DNA from: Podarcis gaigeae | Taxonomy: Eukaryota | Length of the DNA: 64,000 nt | Strand: one strand, 5' to 3' | Assembly: GCA_964106915.2 (NCBI GenBank) | Contig: OZ066916.1 | Shown here: one piece after another, positions 58,701 through 64,000 of the stretch | How positions within the stretch are numbered: the first letter of the stretch is position 1 | Layout of the letters: each line of letters opens with the position of its first letter | The notes under the pieces: generated by a model | Told to the model about the DNA's origin: nothing | The model's database searches: none | The model's input: only the letters and a program-made list of their open reading frames with translations | Position numbers and translations under genes: made by a program

Positions 58701-60947
58701 CCATTATATGCTTTTTATCTATAATGATGGGAAAGGATTTGGCCCCACACTGCTTACAGCAGTTTTCCCTCAAACCTGAGTCCCCAGCTGTTGTTGGACT
58801 ACAACTCCCATCACCTTAAGTTAGCAGGACCAGTGGTCAGGAATGATGGGAGTCGTAGTTCAACAACAGCTGGGCATCCAAGTTTGAAAAACACTGGAGA
58901 CTGCCACCTCTAATTTCCAAGAAATTGCGTGCTAGGCTAAAAAAAAATCACTCTTCATGTCTGCCCACATAACTGATTTATTTCCCTCAGTAAGGGCATA
59001 AGTATTTTCTAGTACTGCTTTAAGAGATGGGGTATTAAAAGTTTTTATTATATAAACTTAATTTGTCTAACAGCAATCCTAAACACAGTTATCAGAAATC
59101 AAATCCAATTGAATATAAAGAGACTTATTTTTGAGTCAATATGCTTAGGATTGTGTTATATTCCGCTATCCCCAACAAGCATAGGAAAATTATAAATCAA
59201 AACAAATATACTAAAACTCTTCTAAGGTTACAACTGCAAAGCAGTAGAGCAGAAATTAAAAGATGATGAATTGTGAGGTAAGCCAAAGGCTAATAGACAT
59301 AAGTATTTAAAATTTATTTGGGTTTCATACCTATAAACAATCAGAACATTAAAAATCAATTATGAAATATTTATACTTCCTAAATAATCTATTTAATTTC
59401 AATATCCCCATCTAAGAAACTGTTCCTCAGATGCTTAGCTGAAATGATTTTCAAACTAGCAGAATTTCTGAAAATCAAAGGCCAAAAGAGAACTGAAGTA
59501 CTTTGGGAACCAAAACAATTACAATTGCAACCAGTGTCATTATGTGCGTATTTACTCAGAATGACTCCACTATGTGTAGTGGGACTTATTTCCTAGTTAG
59601 GTAATTTATGTTGCAGCCTCGTATATGGACAACTGCTTAACTACTTTTCATTCCTGTATAAATATTGCTCCTTTTATTTTATTTTTGTTTATCTTACCTA
59701 TTCCCATATACACCTGTGAAAATGGACACAATTATTATTTTCCAAAGGACAGGTTACTTTAGCAATTTGCTGTATGACCTAACCTGTTTATTAACCCTAC
59801 TGATTTCTCCCGAAGTATATTTCAAGTACCTATACTATGTTTAGTTTCAAACTTAGCATGGTCCTAACTTCCTATTCAATCCACAAAGAACTAAGCTCCC
59901 ACAACCCACAAGCATTCTCTGCTTTTCTAAGAAAGAATAATGACCAAAGAACCTGAAGATAAATTCCCAAAAACATGTTGGGCAACCCTACCATTAGGAA
60001 ATGAAGAGTGCGCCTTAGGCAACTGCTTTTAAGGGTAATGGAAGGGCAGCGAATTTGTAGTAGTCTGTTATGGAAGAGGTTTTTCTGGATTTTCTGTCTC
60101 ATGTTCCAAAATCACTGAACCAGCCTTGGATACCAAATTCACTGAACCAGCCTTATGAACCATAAACGGAGGGCAGGTGTACCACTGGCTCCTCCACCTT
60201 AGGCAACCTCTTAGGCCAGCTCTAAAGTTACTGAGACGTCTTACTAAAATAAATTACTCCCAAGTAAGTGTGCATAGGCTTGCGTCCTCCGTGACTTTTT
60301 TGTGGGGGGGGGGCGCCAACTTTGGCTGAACAACTATGCCTTTGTGTTAGTCCTCCCCTAACCAAAACTGTGCTTGCAGGTACAACTGTTGGGGGGGATG
60401 CAAGAGGTTGCTAAGGCCCTGGCCCAGCGATGTGAGAGGTCTTTGTGCACTTCGGGAGCGCGAAAGGAAGGGTCGCCTTTCCTGAAACCTGCAGGAAAGG
60501 TGACGACAGGAAGAGACCAAAGGGGATATATCCTCCGTTTGTCACCACTTCGGTGTGTGGCTCAGGCGAGCAAGCGAGCGGCCAGGCAGGGAGCCGTTGC
60601 CATGGCCGTGAGGAGGGGGGATAAAGGGGAGGGCGGACTAATATTCCCAAGGCCCGGTCCTTAGGTCGCTATGCCGGGCAAGCCTGCTCTGAGCCGGCTC
60701 GGCTCCGGCTCCCCACGGACGGAGACCGTACCCGACTACTGCGGCGCGGGGACGGCGAGCGGCGAGAAGAGCGGCTGCTGGACGGCGAACGGTACCGGCG
60801 GCCTCGCGGGGAAGGCGAGCGCGAGCGTGAGCGGCGCGAGCTCCGGCCCCGCGTCGAACCGGAGGCACCGGAGCGGGAACTGCGCGAGCCCGAGCTACTG
60901 CTCTCTTTGGACCGGCTGGAGGAAGACACGCTACTGGTACGGTACAT
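39064..60947 (-). CDS. ZNF318: Zinc finger protein 318, complete, 2662 aa; join complement 60732-60947,56618-56847,51231-51834,49510-50919,48436-48535,47849-48132,45306-45506,44765-44864,44227-44345,39064-43788
   Basis: Ten exons join in frame (7989 nt): RS-rich N-terminus, DFLLPHERASQDGSGFSRIL, FPDIEDEEKFLYGD, KIHDLLKTIGLDIGVAEI, a coiled coil, two matrin/U1-type C2H2 fingers, KYVDENPLYEERRN, NAKDLYDIFY. All match ZNF318 as recalled. Confidence 0.96.
40924..42090 (-). repeat. Coding tandem repeat array in ZNF318 exon 10 (about 13 units of 26-37 aa; 354-nt higher-order unit)
   Basis: Recurrent TTDFKSDDDKEL / ELAMQLPESN blocks; near-identical DNA at 41597 and 41951 (offset 354 nt). Confidence 0.92.
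44227..44345 (-). CDS. ZNF318: ZNF318 exon 9, zinc finger 2
   Basis: SEFLIPVTGYYCQLCQEFFGDQISAEQHVKNNPHNEKYK; ttcag / gtacct. Confidence 0.95.
44765..44864 (-). CDS. ZNF318: ZNF318 exon 8
   Basis: TLDPYNRPWDLKAQTETKQDLTKRIDKIPVPAK; aatag / gtaagt. Confidence 0.94.
45306..45506 (-). CDS. ZNF318: ZNF318 exon 7, zinc finger 1
   Basis: YDYYDTGNHWCKDCNTICGTMFDFFTHMHNKKHRQ; tttag / gtgtgt. Confidence 0.95.
47849..48132 (-). CDS. ZNF318: ZNF318 exon 6, coiled coil
   Basis: EMLRKKRREKDGHKDPLLIEV...ELDKVAQILGINIFEK; ctcag / gtaaaa. Confidence 0.94.
48436..48535 (-). CDS. ZNF318: ZNF318 exon 5, coiled coil
   Basis: VMEEREKLRSEQEARQKKLHYLRTELERLLKQQ; tctag / gtactg. Confidence 0.94.
49510..50919 (-). 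CDS. ZNF318: ZNF318 exon 4
   Basis: 1410 nt, PEVFSSS...ISDERNRASQKLK; ttttag / gtgagt. Confidence 0.94.
51231..51834 (-). CDS. ZNF318: ZNF318 exon 3
   Basis: DDLADGPIFSR...MPKKSILKKRVEDSSVQ; atcag / gtttgg. Confidence 0.92.
53362..53829. mobile_element. hAT non-autonomous element with a nested LINE 3' end (about 53451-53580, minus strand)
   Basis: Termini cagggatgtccaac / gttggttgtccctg; TSD cagtagac / ctgtagac; internal ttatttatatcccgccctccccagccgaagccgggctcagggcggctaaca. Confidence 0.78.
54387..55029. mobile_element. Tc2/pogo-like non-autonomous element with internal tandem subrepeats
   Basis: TA|ccatattttctgttccataagacacac ... gtgtgtcttatggagcgaaaaaatacgg|TA; repeated aaagcccccaagagctgcacacacgc blocks. 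Confidence 0.8.
56618..56847 (-). CDS. ZNF318: ZNF318 exon 2
   Basis: RHSTGRRSYSPGRRSRSP...LRITVGNDRYGIDTPERKRISDRLGSPVDSLSDLD; ttgcag / gtatgc. Confidence 0.93.
56766..56845 (-). repeat. 21-nt coding tandem repeat (GRRSRSP) in ZNF318 exon 2
   Basis: ccggcctggggaacgtgagcg twice exactly plus about two diverged copies. Confidence 0.9.
57418..57628. mobile_element. Tc1/mariner (Tigger-like) MITE
   Basis: TA|cagtggtacctctgg ... ccggaggtaccactg|TA. Confidence 0.87.
58760..58896. mobile_element. Palindromic hAT MITE (ACTACAACTCCC core family)
   Basis: cagttttccctcaaac / gtttgaaaaacactg termini, hairpin core. Confidence 0.78.
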
Positions 60948-61420
60948 GGCGCTGCCGGCGGTGGTGGAGGCGGCGGCTCAAGGAGCCCCGAAGGCCGCCT
61001 GCCCTCACTCCTCGCCAAGGCTGCTCCTCTTTGCTCCTCCTGTTGACCATCCTCCCTCAGCACGCTCCATGCGTGCATGCGCGCGCGCACCGGACGCAAA
61101 CGCAAGAGCCCGAGGTTACAAAAAGCTTCCTCGGGCCGCCCCGACAAAATGGCGGATAGGGAAATGGTGGTCACGTGTCGCGTGCGAGGCCGAGGGAAGA
61201 GGCGGGGTTGGGGGGGGAGATGCGTCGCGAGACCATCAGCGAGCCCTACGGACGGACGAAATGGCGGGGGGCGGGCCTTGAGTCACGTGATAGGGAGGAA
61301 GGTAAGGCCTTCCACAACGAGAGGCCGTCCACAGTGTAAACTGCGGTGTGCGCTGCTGCTTAGCGCGGCCCGCCTTATTAGGTCCAATCTCCGCCTCCCA
61401 TGTGTGCGCTAACTCTCCCC
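60600..61420. promoter_or_regulatory. CpG island / ZNF318 promoter, probably bidirectional
   Basis: Very CpG-dense. NRF1-like GCATGCGCGCGCGCA about 61075; YY1-like AAATGGCGG about 61147 and 61259; E-boxes GTCACGTG about 61170 and 61282; TCGCGAGA about 61225; CCAAT about 61384. Confidence 0.85.
60732..60947 (-). CDS. ZNF318: ZNF318 exon 1, Ser/Arg-rich
   Basis: gcgccATG start, MYRTSSVSSSSRSKE...; the phase-0 donor CGG|gtacgg is inferred as best fit to exon 2. Confidence 0.8.
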
Positions 61421-62827
61421 CTGCCAACGTCCTCTGAGCTTAATATGTCCGCTGGAAAAAGTTTAGTAAACCAAGGAGGTTTACCTGTTAGCAACGTGCG
61501 GAGGGGAAGCGTCATCTGTTGAATGCATGATATGAATTTAGATGCATGGATTCAATTATAGTGAATGATTTTTGATCAGTTTTTAACTGTTGTTCATGGT
61601 GATGCTGTTCTCATAGCTGATTTTAGTTTTGTGTTTTCTTGAATTGTTTTAATATCGTATGCAAGCTGCTTTGGGTACCATTCACGGGCAGTTAAGGGCA
61701 TAGGTGTTTTTGAGTAAATAAACAAAATACTTCTGAATAAACATTCTTAAGAATGCCATTGGTCACAGAGAAAGTTTGATCATAAAATTTATCCTTATCT
61801 TCAGTAATATCGCGAAAACAAGATAAGGTAGAACAAAGTCGAATGTGAAGGGAGTTACCATAATTCAAAGGCTGAGGACACTTACATAGGAAGTCATTGG
61901 TAAATGGCGAATCTCTAGTAGTGTTTAAGCACCTGTTTGGAGGTTACTATATATCATTAAAATGCAGTGAAGATTTTAGGTAAGTGTCAATTACTTTTTG
62001 TGTTGAATTTTCAGTTGAGAGGTCTTCTGGCCTTTTTATCAGGAATTAGAAGGCAGTGAGGAATGACAGGCAAGTTTCACCAGTCAACTGATTTGTTGTC
62101 TACTCTGCTGCATCACCTTTAGCCTCTGGGATGGCAGGCAGATAATACCCACCAACTAAGCAAATTTGGCCCATGGGCCGCCAGAGCTGTAGCATTTTGC
62201 ATGCAATCCTGGGAATCTTGAGGTAGAGCTGGGAAGGTGTTCTGTCTGAAATTCAGGAAAGTCATCAGTGTTGACAGTACATACTAAGTTAACTGGACCA
62301 ATGGTCTGAATCAGGCAGCTTCCTTTGTCCCTGTCTCTGAACCCTACTTGACATTTTGCCTTTGGGGATTTTTGAAACAGAAGCCAAGTCAGTTATTATA
62401 AAAGAGATCCGTATGGATCATCATAGTACTTACAAAGGACCCCCTCAAAACCACCATCAAATCATAGACTACCTCACAAATATGTTCTGTGATTTCTTGG
62501 TGGCTTTGTTGTCAATAGATATAAAAATCATGAGGATTCTTGCCTTGGATCAATATATTTTTTTTGTGGTGCTGCCGAACACTAGAGCTGTGATTTATGT
62601 TCTGCTCTATTTCAATAATTTTGTGTACACTCTAACTCTCATGATCCACTGCCCTGGAGGGGTGGGTGAGATGGTTGGTGGACTCCCTCTGCCCAGCCCA
62701 GAAGGTTGTAAAGTCAAACTATGGGAAAGGATCTCAACATTACATAACCAGCAACGCGATAAGTTCACCCGCTGCCAGCTTCTGCTCGCCCTGCCAACAT
62801 GCCGGGACACCCTCCCATCCTCTAGAG

Positions 62828-62963
62828 CAGTGTTTCCCAACCTTGTGCCTCCAGATGTTTTTGGCCTACAACTCCCATCATCCCTAGCTAGCAAGACCAG
62901 TGGTCAGGGATGATGGGAGTTGTAGGCCAAAAACATCTGGAGGCACAAGGTTGGGAAACACTG
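62828..62963. mobile_element. Very young palindromic hAT MITE
   Basis: Perfect 58-bp arms, 20-nt loop, exact 8-bp TSD ctctagag on both sides. Confidence 0.95.
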
Positions 62964-64000
62964 CTCTAGAGGACGCCAGAGGGGAAAGTAAGTTGGTTGC
63001 AGCAGGGGAACGAAATGCCCATAGACGAAAAAAGGTATAGAGCAACATATCCTGTTTTTGGAGGGGGCGGGGCTTTCATTTTACAATGAAAACAGCGTCC
63101 TCGTTCAGGGAAGCGCAGGTCAAACTGGGCTGGGGTTTGATGGGGGCCATGTAAGTGACCACTCAACTGACATTTGCTTTAACGCGAGGTATGTTTTGAA
63201 TGGGTTGTCTTTTTCTGTTCTGCATTCTGTTTTCCATACAATTGTGTGGAGCATTGCAGCTGACATAGAACACCGGCGCGGGCGAGTTCACATGAAATAC
63301 CTGTAACGTGTATTGTGATGCCGTTGCTCTCCTATCTCTCTGCTCGGCGGACGATTGCATCCCTGACGTTGCATTTTGCCAAAAGGCTGAGAAACAGGTG
63401 ATAAGTTCTCAAAGCTGTCTATGAAACACGAGGAACCTCAGCCCCGTGTGCAACGTGGGGATCAAAATACCTCCCGAGTCCGAGGATAACAAACGTTGCA
63501 TCCAACGTTAGTCACACTCAGGCTAGACCCGTTGAAATGAGCAGGCACGACAAAGGGCAGGCGCATTAATTTCAGTGTGTTTCCTCTGAGCAAAACGTAT
63601 AAAGTTGGATACAGCTTTGGTCTACAAACATAACAGGGGTGCTGTAAGCCACACTCTGCCCGTTTCACCACTTGCAACAATGAGACAATAAGGTACTGTA
63701 TTGCAAAACTGCTATAGATCACTCTCGGCCACTCGACCTTGCACTAGGATTTAACAGCAGGCAACCCGCACTACGAGCAGAATAAATCCCAGCCTCCCCG
63801 CTCTTGCTTAAATTTTAAAACCAACCAAACACAACACGTACACGTGTTGGTGTCGTTGCAGATCCCACTTGGGTTATTTCTTGCTTTCGCTTCTACTTTA
63901 GTTTGCTCAGTTGGCGAGGGGAGAGACGGGAAAGCACAGCTTTGATACAATCCCGGATTCCCCTATTGTTTCCTATTTAGCAACTCTCACTTTCACGTTT

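Noticed and set aside
62356-62913. 185-aa ORF
   Set aside because: Non-ATG start; runs through a MITE; no domain similarity.

Overview
Vertebrate (squamate, probably lacertid lizard, judging by the Sauria SINE and the repeat content) genomic DNA with three intron-containing genes, reconstructed exon by exon from translation and GT-AG boundaries. (1) The 3' half of RASGRP3 on + (8 coding exons, 3893-13784). (2) The complete FAM98A on - (8 coding exons, 28616-18753, 554 aa). (3) The complete ZNF318 on - (10 coding exons, 60947-39064, 2662 aa), with a CpG-rich promoter at about 60.6-61.4 kb. Introns and intergenic DNA hold CR1 and L2-like fragments, SINEs and many hAT and Tc1/mariner MITEs. No prokaryote-type system (CRISPR, operon) is present. 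The most notable observations are: a higher-order tandem repeat of about 390 aa inside the last exon of ZNF318; a strong splice donor 27 nt before the end of the ZNF318 CDS, with in-phase candidate exons downstream; a perfect 78-bp inverted duplication inside an old CR1; a MITE core resembling paired ZNF143 sites that occurs with several different hAT termini; and a FAM98A-ZNF318 adjacency that joins two loci on different human chromosomes. Gene identities rest on recalled similarity to the human proteins; no database search was run.
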